The notes under the pieces are model-generated. The model saw only the letters and a list, made by a program, of their open reading frames with translations, ran no database searches and was not told the DNA's origin. This document shows positions 38,878 through 50,811 of a DNA stretch of 64,000 nucleotides, piece by piece; within the stretch, counting starts at the first letter, position 1, and every line of letters begins with the position of its first letter. The DNA is from Lingula anatina (taxonomy: Eukaryota; Animalia; Brachiopoda): contig CM120647.1 in NCBI GenBank assembly GCA_051362555.1, forward strand, positions 9,672,001 through 9,736,000. Direction: 5' to 3'. The translations under genes were made by a program, and so were the position numbers.

Positions 38878-40447
38878 TACAGTGTGTGAAAGTTATCTTC
38901 CAGAGTTTCTCAGTGGAAAGTAAAAGAGATACGCGAAAAAATGTTATTTTGACTAGCAATTTGTAATAAATATCTGATTGAAATTGAATAAAGCAACCTT
39001 TTTGATTTTGGAACTGAGACGGCAGTTCTGTTGTTTCTGACACCGACATTGCTCGCTGATACATATACAACGTATGGAGATAAATGGAGGTAATGCCGTC
39101 ATTGACTACATTTTTTGTAAGTATTTGTGCTTTTATGTATGGTAATATAAGCAGCATGTGGAACGGTTTCATTAAAGGACTTCAAGCCTAAAGTTGATCC
39201 AAACTTTAACACAAAAATTTCGGTCTGTGTGTTATAAATTGACAGGTGCAAATTGGATAGTTTAAATTTTCTACAGGTAGTGTTTATGAAGCATTGCACC
39301 ATAAAGTCATGTTTCATTGATGTTTTGGCAGACTGCTGACCAGAATGTGTTAGGTGAGACAGAACACATTCTATGTTGTGCTTGAAATGTGCAGATTGCG
39401 TTAGTTGTGACAGAGATCCCAAAATGTGCTGAATATATGAAAATAATGCCATTTGGATTAAGCAGATACTTACTTCTATTGCCTTTAATGGCACACTTAG
39501 TATCTACAGACTGGGAAATTAATTTGTCGCCTTTTTTTCTTTTGAGGCCAAACCAGAATCCATTACAACCATCCATATAAATGAGTATAAAGAACATCCA
39601 TAGGACATTAACAGAGACATGGTAGCTGTAATTGAATATACAGTGTCATTAAAAACTATTTGACAGTCCAATATAACAGTGAGGAGCCAAGTAAATCAAA
39701 ATTATTTCACTTGAAATGGACGCTTGCATTCTGTTACAGTGTGATGGAAAATTATTTGACAATAAAGTGACGATGCTCAAAATTATTGCTTGCCTGTTAA
39801 AAGAATGAACATTGGAGAGCTGTTTATAGTGTGAATTTTTTTTTAGACAATTATTGATTTGGAACAGGTTTTACCAGATTTATAGATATACTGTACTCCA
39901 TTTTGATGATCAGTTAATTTATTAACTTGTCTCCTTTTTAATTTCCCAGCAGTATTCTGAGATGTTGCTTAACAGATAATTTTTGCATGTTTTTTTTTTT
40001 TTTTTTTTTGATTTGGTTGTCTGTTCCTTTTTTAGGTGGCATTCTATCATAAATGACACGATAAACAACATATTCATATGTTTTGTGTTCAAAAGTTAAT
40101 GTAGAGGATAAATTATAATTTTTTATAAAGTAATAAGGCATGCAATAAGAAAGCTCAAAATCATAGTCAGATACTCCCCTATGCTCGACACTCCAAATTA
40201 ACATGATTAATTTTGATTAGTACCTTGGGTTTTTATGAAAGGGAATAGCACCCATGATGATATTACAAGTTAGTACAATGTACCAGTCAAACCGTTAGGC
40301 ATGATATCTGTAACGTGTAAAGGGCCGAAGGGTACATGTACCAGATAATGAATTTTGAGAATTAAGTGTGTGAGGTAGCGGAACTCCTTCACACGATAGC
40401 CGGCAATATCGTTAACCTTCCTGTACTTGGGGGTTTCATAAGTTGTA

Positions 40448-40693
40448 GAGTTCATTTCCAATGAAACTTTTGGATTGATCCACCACCCTGGTGACTCCTG
40501 CTGAATGTAATCAGATTGAGAGATTAACACTCCTCCTCCTTGGTGAGAAGAATACAGAAAAGCTGGTGATTATACAAGTACCTTGTGAAAGCAAGAGGAG
40601 GCGTATTAATTCATTAATCTGATTGTATTCAGTGAGAGTCTCCGCAGAGTTGGATCAATCTATGTAGAGTGATAGTTACATTGGGAATGAGCC
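40448..40693. mobile_element. Foldback MITE family B
   Basis: termini TTCATTTCCAATG / CATTGGGAATGA; inner IR GCTGAATGTAATCAGATT; homologous to 43619-43870. Confidence 0.7.
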
Positions 40694-41560
40694 TTAAAAG
40701 TAATCACTACACAGTTATGCCAGACCATGTGATCAGTCAAGTAAATCAGTTTAACATGGGAGAATCCAATTTTGATCTATAGAACCTTAACATATACCGT
40801 ATGTATTCACCCAAAAATACAGTTTATACAAGGCTAGGCCGGGCTACTGTACTTAAGATTGAAAAGCTGTCTAGCTTGCATCATTTTTAACCCTATTGGA
40901 ATCAGTCTTGAGCATAATTTATAATGGCTGTGACACAATAATTACATAACACAATAATGTATTATGTGAATCCATAATGTAGATAGATTAGATAGCATTT
41001 TAAAACCAGTAATGCACATCTGTTTATTTTCATGTAGATTTTGTTTTAAAAAAATAATGCAATGTTGATAGTTAGGTAAACAGATTAGGGAAAATTTTGA
41101 GATCCATAACAATTTTGATTTGGGTCGTGCTGTTTGTGACGGAGAAGGTCCAAGGGGGGGAAATCCGATAGACTGACACCAATTTCACCAGTGGAATCGT
41201 ACTAGTATGTGTAAAGTTAATAGGTTTATCTCTCTGCATTAGGAAACGGCAGATATCGACATGCAATTCTGCGGGGAATTTTGTTAGGCTCCCTGGGGTA
41301 AATAATTCCTTGCACTAACTCCTTCTGAGTGGTAGGATTGGCACTGGTAAAGAAGATAGGTTGCGTGGGGAAGTGGAATGATGTACGGTAATGACTGGAT
41401 CTTTTTAATGAGAGAAATTGTGAATTTTACAGATAATGTTTTTTTGTAAGTCACAAATTCTAAAAAATTAGAAAAATTCCTATAATTAAGTGATAGCTAC
41501 AAAATTAAAAAGCAGGCTACCTTATAATTTTGTTCTATACAACACCACAAATGCTACGTA

Positions 41561-42050
41561 TCATCATCATCATCATCATCATTTAGAGCCTATAGTGTTC
41601 CACTGTTGGACAAAGGCCTCAGCATGCTTTTTCCATTGTTTCCTATCCTGAGCCTCAGATTTCCAGTTTGGCCAAGGTTTCTTCTTCCAAGACTTCCAGT
41701 AGTCATCTAATTCATCCCTCCATCGTTTGACCGGCCTTCCTCTTTTTCTTTGTCCATACCTTGGGGTCCATTCTGTAAGCCTGATTGTCCACCTATTGTC
41801 CTTCATTCTTTTGACATGTCCTGCCCACCTCCATTTCATTTCTTTAACTGTGAGCAGTACGTCCTTAACTTTGGTCTGTTCACGTAACCATACATTCGTT
41901 TTCCGCTCTCTTGGATTGATGTTCAACATAATTCTTTCCATCTTTCTCTGAGCTACTTGAAGCTTGTGTTCCATGGAGGCATTCAGTGCCCAGGTCTCTG
42001 AACCATAGGTGATTGCCGGCAGCACACAAGCATTGAACACTTTCTTTTTC
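41561..42050 (-). mobile_element. 5'-truncated RTE-clade LINE (C-terminal part of the RT ORF)
   Basis: ORF 41579..42052 has LPAITYGSETW, WAGHV, GxRKRGRPxKRW motifs; (GAT)n 3' tail; TSD ATGCTACGTA(T) at 41551 and 42051. Confidence 0.95.
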
Positions 42051-43618
42051 ATGCTACGTATAAATATATTTTAATTAATGATTACAATTTTGTGTAACCT
42101 CACAATTGATGGTTTTTCTCCATTGTAAAGATCGAGTCATTTTAGCACAGTTTGTGATACTGAATCAAAAAAAAAAGGCAAAAAACGATAAGAACCTGTG
42201 CATCAGGTTGTCAAATTTTTGCAAAAATTCTGTTTTTCCTGGAAATTTTAACTTTTCCCAAAATTAACTTTGTCTGGCTACCATGCAGCCATATTTCAGA
42301 ACAACATGTTTGAAAATGATCAAATTTTTAAAGGACATTAAAAAGATGACTGAAAGAAGAAATTTAAGTGACTGAATAAAATTATGTTGAATAAATTTTA
42401 TGGTTAACTTAAGATTTCATAAAATACATGGATGAAATAAAAATAGTGCACTGTCAGATATATATATATAATTTTCACAGGGACAACATTTTATTATACA
42501 AAAATTATGTTTGGGTTATACCAGTATTTTTTCTGGACATCCTTGGTAAATGCAGTCATTTTATCACAATTCCATGGAACATTTTAAAGCTTCTTTTGCC
42601 AGACTACACAATCATTTGTTGAAAATTGCTTTGTGCTGGCATTTGTTTTAACTTACACGTGTATCCTGCACCTGAGAAAGATTTCAAGTTAGATGTTGAA
42701 TTAAACAGAAGACATTCTATACAGTATAGATTCATTACTAAGTGTGGTGCTCCTCCTTGATTCAATTAAATTAATACTTTGATTTCACACTGATTATCCA
42801 AGGTAGTTTATGAAAAACAATTGTGGCCTTTTGGGATGTGTTTTTCATATTTAAATGTGTGCGTAACAATAATAGCATTAATTCACCCCTTTCCTCAACT
42901 TTTTTCTTTTAATTTTGAATGCAGTGATTATGTAATAGAAAATGAAAAAAAAATGAAGTAAAGCCAGTTGCCCGTGTGCTTATGAGAGCTTGTTTTGTAC
43001 TCGTGTTTGTTCTCTGAGACTTATGTCAAATTATAAGGAAATTAAACTCAGCGGCAGGGTGGGTAGGGCCCCCCTTATTGTGAGGATCCACCAACTTTAT
43101 AGAAGGATTTGTTTTGGTTCAGGAGAGGGGGGAAGGGGGGGGGGGCTGACATATTTACCCCCCCCCCCTTTTTCTGTCTTATCTGTCTTATTATGTGATC
43201 AATTGATTTTGAATCAATTATTTTTACATTTACATTTGCATCCAAGTATTTAAAGATGTACAAGACTGCAGTGTGTTTCTAATATTTACTTCATCCCCCG
43301 GGTTCTTTATAAACATAATATTTCATAAAAAGGATCAAGGATGATTTCATGAAAACAAAGACACAGTGATTACCAAAATTTACTGCTTTCTTTTTGTGTA
43401 TGTCATTGAAGCTGTTATTCGTATCCACGATACCAAATGATATTGATCATCTTTATAATAGCCTCCCTATGGTAATTAAAGAAAAGGGGTAACATTTTCT
43501 GACCACCCTGTATCTGGTATTGGTATTGACTGTTTTATGATGGCCTTAACCCTTGAACTAGATAACTACAGGACACAGGTGGCAGTTCAGATCATAGTGA
43601 AATCAGGGCAATGATTAA

Positions 43619-43870
43619 GACCCCGTTTTCATAGACACCATTGGTCTACGTAAATAGATCCAACTCTGTGGGGACTCTTGCTGAGTGCAATCAGCCTAAA
43701 TGAATGGCATGCCTCTTCTTGTTTCCAACATACTTAAATAATTACCAGCTTTTTTGTGTTCTGTTTCATGCTAGGCAGAGGCATGTCATTCATTTAAGCT
43801 GATTGCACTCAGCAAGAGTCCCCCCAGAATTGGATCAATCTATGTAGACCGATGTTGTCTATGGGAATCC
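43619..43870. mobile_element. Foldback MITE family B
   Basis: ~95-bp inverted arms (GGGGACTCTTGCTGAGTGCAATCAGC..), TAA flanks; partial copies at 10891-10949 and 45850-45935. Confidence 0.8.
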
Positions 43871-44045
43871 TAACATAATGTTGTGATGTATGTACATACT
43901 TTTTGTCTACCCTTTATCAGTTGTCAAGGCACTTCATGATAAATGAAAGATTTCAGTTCACCCCATAAGTCTACTTGCTTTCAGAAACTGCGTGATGATA
44001 AAAGTACAGACTTTTTGTCCACCTTGTATTTTATTATCTTTCCAG

Positions 44046-44372
44046 ATGATTAAGCTCCTATATCTACCAAGATAGTAGGATATTGTAGGTGCATAGATTT
44101 TTCTTTCACCCTGCACTACCATGTTGGTTAAGACACCAGAGTTAAAGCTCAGTGTTAAGCAAGAGAGAGAGGCAGAGACAAGTGTTGAACATACGGCAAC
44201 AGAAACGGTGAAGCTTAAGTTTGATCTTGTTGTATAATATTTCAGGGGACTGAACGAGACTTTAGAGAGACTCTAGTGAACCAATCATCTGCACAGGATT
44301 GAGAGGAATTTTGTCTTTAAGGAGAGTTTTGATATCTGTTTCTACCAGAAGAAGGAGCTCTTATGATAACAG
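44046..44372 (+). other. Candidate exon or alternative first exon ending ATG ATA ACA G|gtatgt
   Basis: tatctttccag acceptor, strong CAG|gtatgt donor, purine-rich body; 5' boundary uncertain. Confidence 0.3.
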
Positions 44373-45045
44373 GTATGTGAAGTCAAGGATTTTCTGTTTG
44401 AAAAAAATTGCTGCATTAAAAGTTTTATGTTTAATGAATGTTTTTAGTGACTCAGAGGTTTGAATATGAGAGAGTTTTTTTTTTACATATTACATGTTGG
44501 TCATGCATGCTCTACAGACTAGCATGCAAATTATATGCCTTTATAGTTTAAATATTTACTTCTGTATAGAAATCTGTACCATTTTGCCATCATTGTGATT
44601 TAATTTTGCAAAAAAACTAATTGTCTAATAATAATTACTAGTAATTGAATTATAGAAACAGCAGTGCCATTACATATCAACCATTGTTGTGCCTTTTGTT
44701 GCTCAGACATTTGAACATTCTGATAGTATTTAAGACATTATCATTTGTCAAAGATACAAGTAGTACTGCATACTGTACTTCTGCTGGAAAAAATGTTATT
44801 GTGGTTAAAACTCAATTTTTGGCAAAACAAAAAGGGGCATTCAGAATTTTGTTCAGAACCCGTTGGATGGGGCAGATTAAATGTGTATTTGATACACTGG
44901 CCTGCCTAGGTGATGTATCCTCATTTGGATAGCAACACTGGTACTCCTTAATGGAGTCGTCAAGCGGGTAAAATTGCTTAACCTGGCATTAATTAATTAT
45001 GGGTTACATTTAAGTTTGTCGGAGACACTGGATTTCTCTCACTCT

Positions 45046-45088
<43 letters not shown>

Positions 45089-45202
45089 ACTTGTGTATTC
45101 AGACAAAGGGGCCCTTGGGATGAAAATAACACACATGCAACTGGTACTTTATAATGATACTTACTATGAATTACAATACTTTACTCTGAGGTCAACATTT
45201 TA

Positions 45203-45432
45203 GACCCCATTCCCATAGATTTTAGATCGATCTATCCCAGGCCTGTGGGGACTCTCACTAGATTACTGTCAGCTTAGCCGGCTTAAGCATCTGTCCCGCC
45301 CACTAAAAGCAGTAAGGGGGTAATTAACTATGGTGCATGCACAGCTGACTGCAATTTAGCGTGCACCCCCAGGGAGTTAGGTCGATCTAAATCTTAATCT
45401 CTGGATCAATCTAAATCTCTGGGAATGCACCC
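45203..45432 (+). mobile_element. MITE family A, subfamily 2
   Basis: GACCCCATTCCCA / TGGGAATGCACCC termini, TTA TSD. Confidence 0.88.
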
Positions 45433-47275
45433 TTAGAGTCTGTGTATGAGATGGTTTGTCATGGACCTCCAGTTATGACAAAGATAAATTTTGATTGCTT
45501 TATCTGCCTGGTTTTCTAAATTTTGGTCTAACTTATACCCTGTAAGATTTACCTTGAATGTTTGGGCCACGTTAATTGTGCTTTACATAATTACTTTTGC
45601 TGAATTTTAAGTTCAATGTGGCCGTACTTCTTTGTTTATTTAAAAAAGGACTTCTCAATTTTTTCTCAATTTTCGGTCTAAAATTGTCCCTGTCTGAACA
45701 CATAATCTGTGTCTACTTCTGTAATAAAGAGTAAGGCTAGCATTTCATACCAGGACACTTCACCATATATCACAGCGTTTGTGCAATCACACCTGTTATT
45801 CATGAAAAACCTGCTAATGATTTTACGGGTGACAATTTCAAGTCTTTTAGGGCCCATTCCCAATGGAACTTTCATTCTATGTACTACAGGAATTCTGGAT
45901 TCTACTACAGGAACTCTGGCTGAAAGCAGTCTGATAAATAGATTAAAGGGATAATAACTCTTCGTATGAGATCTATATTTCATAATAAAAACATTGTGAA
46001 TAACTCATAGAAATATAATATATTCTATTTTACCACAAAAACACCATTTATAGCTATTATTCTGATATCTGAGCTTGTGTTTAGACCACGTGACCTCCAT
46101 TGATGGCTATACTCTGTTAAAATCTCTTATAAGATTTTAACAAAAAACCAAACTTTTTAGAAAAAAAACATGGACTAACTTTGAATGTAAAAATGGATTT
46201 ATTAACCATTGGTAAGTGTGGGAGAATTGTTGTTTACTCCAGGAAAATTCATTTTTTGGCCGAAACGAAGAGTTATTATCCCTTTAACACAGCTCATTTT
46301 GGCGTTGAATAGAGTATAGAAAAGCAGTTTATCATACGGTCATGTTGGAAACAATGTAAATCTGCTAGCATTCAGTGAGTCTCTGCTGAGTTGGAGTTTG
46401 AGGTGGGCTAAAAGAACGTACTCAGCTATTCTGATGATATTCTTGTGGGACGTAATTAATTTTGATTGCCATAAAAAGATAATTAAAGATAAACTACTAT
46501 AATAATACATCTACCGCGCAGTTGGCCCTCTCCCCATGGATTTGAATGTGCTGGAATTAATGAACATTTCCTATGACCCGATGGGATGGAATGAATGTAC
46601 CAGTCTCATGAATTGGTCTCATTAAATAGGTCAGTTACGGTAATGGAGAAATAATGATAATAATGATGATGACGATATTTCATTGAGCAGTAAATGACTC
46701 CATTCATATTTGTGGCTTCGATAAGTCTATATATATATATTCAATACAAGCATAGACAGAATACGGCAATATTTTATTGAAAAAGAGAATCATCATTTTA
46801 TTCAGTGAATGTAATGATGTAGTTAATTTAGCATAGATTTTTTTTTTTGCAATCATATATAGATACATACAAAAGGTACACAAAAGTTAACAAGGTGATC
46901 TAAAGACAATTTATATTTTTAAAGAGATGTTTGAGAATTTAAATACTGTCTTGGTAAACAATCTTTCAAGGGAACATTTAAGCTAGCTGTAATCTAAGAA
47001 ATAATTATTTATTTGTTTTACACATGCACAAATAATGAAGTCTTCCTCAATGATTCAATTGTTTTCAAACTTTTTGCAAATCACATGATTCGAATCTAGC
47101 CAGGCCTGATATAGATCAGTGTTTTAAAGTGTGGTTGGAACTTGTGTCAATATTTTGTAATGTTTCTTTTTTTGTTATTTGTATTTCAAGGCTAACCTGC
47201 CTATGTGTTATGGCAGATAATTAAGGTATATCATGTTCCATATTTTTTGTCATTAATACTGACATATAGGCCATG

Positions 47276-47662
47276 CCAATTCACATTAGAACATTAACTG
47301 CGGTTGAAAATAAACCGATTAAACCGCAGTCAACCAAACCGCATCCAAACCGCATTCAAACTGACACCGACAGCGATCAGTAGCGGTAGAATCTCAGCAC
47401 GCATACTTCCTGTCAAGCTTGCGCTCTTACTGCGCAACATGGCGGGAGCTCAAATGACGATACACTTGTGCGCGTGCACTTCATATGTAGACATCCGGTC
47501 TTGACCACGGTCATGAGTTTACTCCCATTATACCCACCTCCCGATCTAGGTTTATTTCGACCGCGGTCAGGGCTACGTTGTCCATTCACATTAGAAAAGT
47601 TAACCGCGATAGGACTGAGGTCAGGCCTTGACCGCAGTTAAAAGTGCTAGTGTGAATGGGGT
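47276..47662. mobile_element. Harbinger-like MITE
   Basis: TIR CCAATTCACATTAG..TTAACTGCGGT / ACCGCAGTTAA..CTAGTGTGAATGG; many internal ACCGC repeats. Confidence 0.75.
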
Positions 47663-47671
47663 AACAGACTG

Positions 47672-47914
47672 GGCTCCCATGCCCAGATCGTTCCATCTGG
47701 ATCGGTCTAACTCCCTAGGGAGTCTCACTAAATTGCTATCAACTGAGCTGGCTGAATTGTCTGTCACGCCTACCAAATCAGCTAGGGGGTAAAGATAATT
47801 ACCCCCTAACAGCTTTACTAGGCATGACAGACATTTAAGCTGGTTAAGTAGATAGCAATTTAGTCAGACTCCCCAGGGACATAGATAGATCCAAATATCT
47901 GTGGGAATGGTCCC
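47672..47914. mobile_element. MITE family A, fully foldback variant
   Basis: two near-symmetrical arms around GGGGGTAA...TTACCCCC. Confidence 0.75.
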
Positions 47915-48082
47915 ATATACAGATATCTTCCATTTGCTTCGGGGTCGTCTATTTCTGATTTCACTGTAAATTTCAGAGATATGACATGTTCAGACTAGTC
48001 TCAAAGTGAAACGGTATCTGGGCTTAAATGTGCGATAAACAGCCTGGTCATGCAGTCGACAAGCCATTGTTGAAAGGTTTAA

Positions 48083-48206
<124 letters not shown>

Positions 48207-48342
48207 TCACTCTGTATAGGGAGTGGGTTCTTGCATCTGTTAAATTTCTGGTTTGCTAATTAGAGTATTCTTTGGCTCATTCTTGACTCGGGGTGGTTTT
48301 GGTTGAACTGTGTCTCAACAGTACAAGGTTTCACACACAAAA

Positions 48343-48379
<37 letters not shown>

Positions 48380-48581
48380 GGGGAGAGAGAGAGAGAGAGA
48401 TCCCTATGTAAAGACAGGCTATAATTGGTGCCTGCATCTGTTAAATTTCTGGTTTGCTAATTCTAGTTTTCTTTGGCTCATTCTTTACTCTGAATGGTTT
48501 TGCTTGAACCTCGTATCAACAATCTCCTAGTTGACTGATTTATGTGATAGGTATGTGATTTTTCACAAACGAAAGATGGCA

Positions 48582-48781
48582 GGACCCATTTCCATAGATT
48601 AGATCGACCTAACTCCCTGGGGGTTCACGCTAAATAGCTGTCAGCCAGGCGGACACGAAAGTTAATTACCCCCTTACAGCTTGTAGTAGGCGGGGCGGAC
48701 ATTTAAGTTGGATAATCTGAAAGTAATCTAGTGAGACTCCCCGCGGGGATAGATCGATCTAAAATCTATGGGAATAGAGCC
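48582..48781 (-). mobile_element. MITE family A, subfamily 1 (inverted)
   Basis: reverse complement of the 21453 and 50597 copies. Confidence 0.88.
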
Positions 48782-50286
48782 ATAGACAAATGAGATATAT
48801 GCATATATGAAAGATATCAGGCCTTGTAAATGGATAAGGCATTTACCAACACTACCTACAGATCTTGTTGCACTAACACCATATTGACCACTTAATCCAT
48901 AAGATTAACCAGCACTACCAGCGCGGATGAATGTTAGTGCTAGGTATCGCTTTGTTGGTGCTAAATAATTTTACTGTCTGTTGGTCAGTCCATGGCTTTT
49001 GTACAAAAACATGTACATGTATTTTGTGTTGATCAGGTGGAATGCAGTTGTTCATGGAGTTTTGTAATATGATAGGTTTGATTTAATTTACATTTTGATA
49101 ATTTTAAGCTACTTACTTATATTTCAGATCTGTCTTGTGTAAAGAAATTGATAACAAGAATTTTGCTTTTTTATCATTGCTGAATCATTGTGCCTCATGT
49201 GTAAAAAAACATATCTTGTCTTTTTGGAAAAGGTTTTTTTATTTTTATAAATCCTTGGTATGAATTTTTTTTTTTACTTTTTGAAGGTAAAATCTATGCT
49301 TTTTAAAGTACATTACACCCTACCACATGGTACATGGTATATTGCAGTACTTGCACATGTAATGTTAAATGTGCCGAGCAGAAGTAGCCTAAGAAAAAGA
49401 AAATCAATCGTTGTTATAATCATCCCAGAATGCAATTCATTCTCAGCCAAATTAGGAGACCGCTAACCAATAGTGCGTGGCTTTAACTACAGATGTCTGC
49501 CCTTCCTAAACTCGTAATGTCTTTCCGTACATGTTGCCAGATATTTCATCATTTTGCAGCGAGAGGTCGGGCCATGATGCATGATAGAAGATAAGTTAGT
49601 TATGTCTTTTTCGATTGTTTCAATTTTTTTATCCTAAGTGCCATGATTTTTGAGTGAGGGAAGCATAATTCATGTCTGATTCAAGTCAAGTTTGTGGCCT
49701 TTTTTCATCATTTTTGAAGCATTATTGATGTCTTTCAGTTGACAACGCCAAATGTGCCATCATTTTTTTGTGATTAAGTTACTTGCTTTATGTCAATCTT
49801 CATAGTTATTTGCTATTTTTTATCAATTATGAAGTCAATAATATCATATACATAATGCCTAATATGCCATGATTTTATAGAGCTTTTATTAATAGGTATA
49901 ATTTTTAATCCATGAAAATTTGATTTTTGGTTTAGTCTCTTCTGATCGAAGGAGAGATACATCTCTCAAGCACATTTCAAATGATAGTATTATATTAATT
50001 TTATAGCAAAGGAACGTGCAGCAGCACGGTCATTATACTTCTTTTGCCATCCCATCTTTTACAAACCCATTCAGTAATGTCTTTTTGCATGCCATGCCAA
50101 ATGTTTCTCAGTTCCGAGACAAAAGTTGTGATGTCTTAATCCAATTTTTTGTTTAATTTATTTTCTGTCTGCTGTAATGTCTTTTCGTGACCATTGCCAG
50201 ATAGGTAAATTCAGTCCATTAGATTGCTGAGTGGAAAAGGCTGTTACCAAAACTCTCAGTGATTGTCATAACAACAGAACCATGCA

Positions 50287-50454
50287 CTGGGGTAGCGCTA
50301 TCACTCGCCAATTTAGCCAAATGCTGAAACTGACTTAAATTGGCTAAAGAAAATGGGGTTTATTTGTTTTAGTAAAAATTAAAGCACGTGGAGGAAAAAG
50401 CGATGAAAAAGTAGTGATTTGGCTAAGGAAACAAATTTGCTAGCGCCTCCCCCG
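50287..50454. mobile_element. MITE family F with 5-bp TSD (ATGCA)
   Basis: reverse-complement homologue of 16105-16277; ATGCA on both flanks. Confidence 0.8.
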
Positions 50455-50596
50455 ATGCAGGTGTTGTGAGATACAGCAGACAGTGGTAATTACTTGTTAA
50501 TTGTGACCAAAATGAATGAATAAAATGTTATAACCTGTATTTTGATTGAAAAGTTTATTGGATTCACATTCTTAAATTTTATATTTATGTAACTAA

Positions 50597-50811
50597 GGCT
50601 GTATTCCCAGATCTTTTAGATCGATCTATCTCCGCGGGGAGTCTCACTAGATTACTGTCAAATAATCCGGCTTAAATGTCCGTCCCGCCTACTACAAGCT
50701 GTAAGGGGGTAATTAACTTTCGTGTCCACTCGGCTGACAGCTATTTAGCGTGAACCCCCAGGGAGTTAGGTCGATCTAAAGTAGATCGATCTAATCTCTG
50801 GAAATGGGGTC
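50597..50811 (+). mobile_element. MITE family A, subfamily 1
   Basis: GGCTGTATTCCCA / TGGAAATGGGGTC termini, TAA TSD. Confidence 0.88.
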
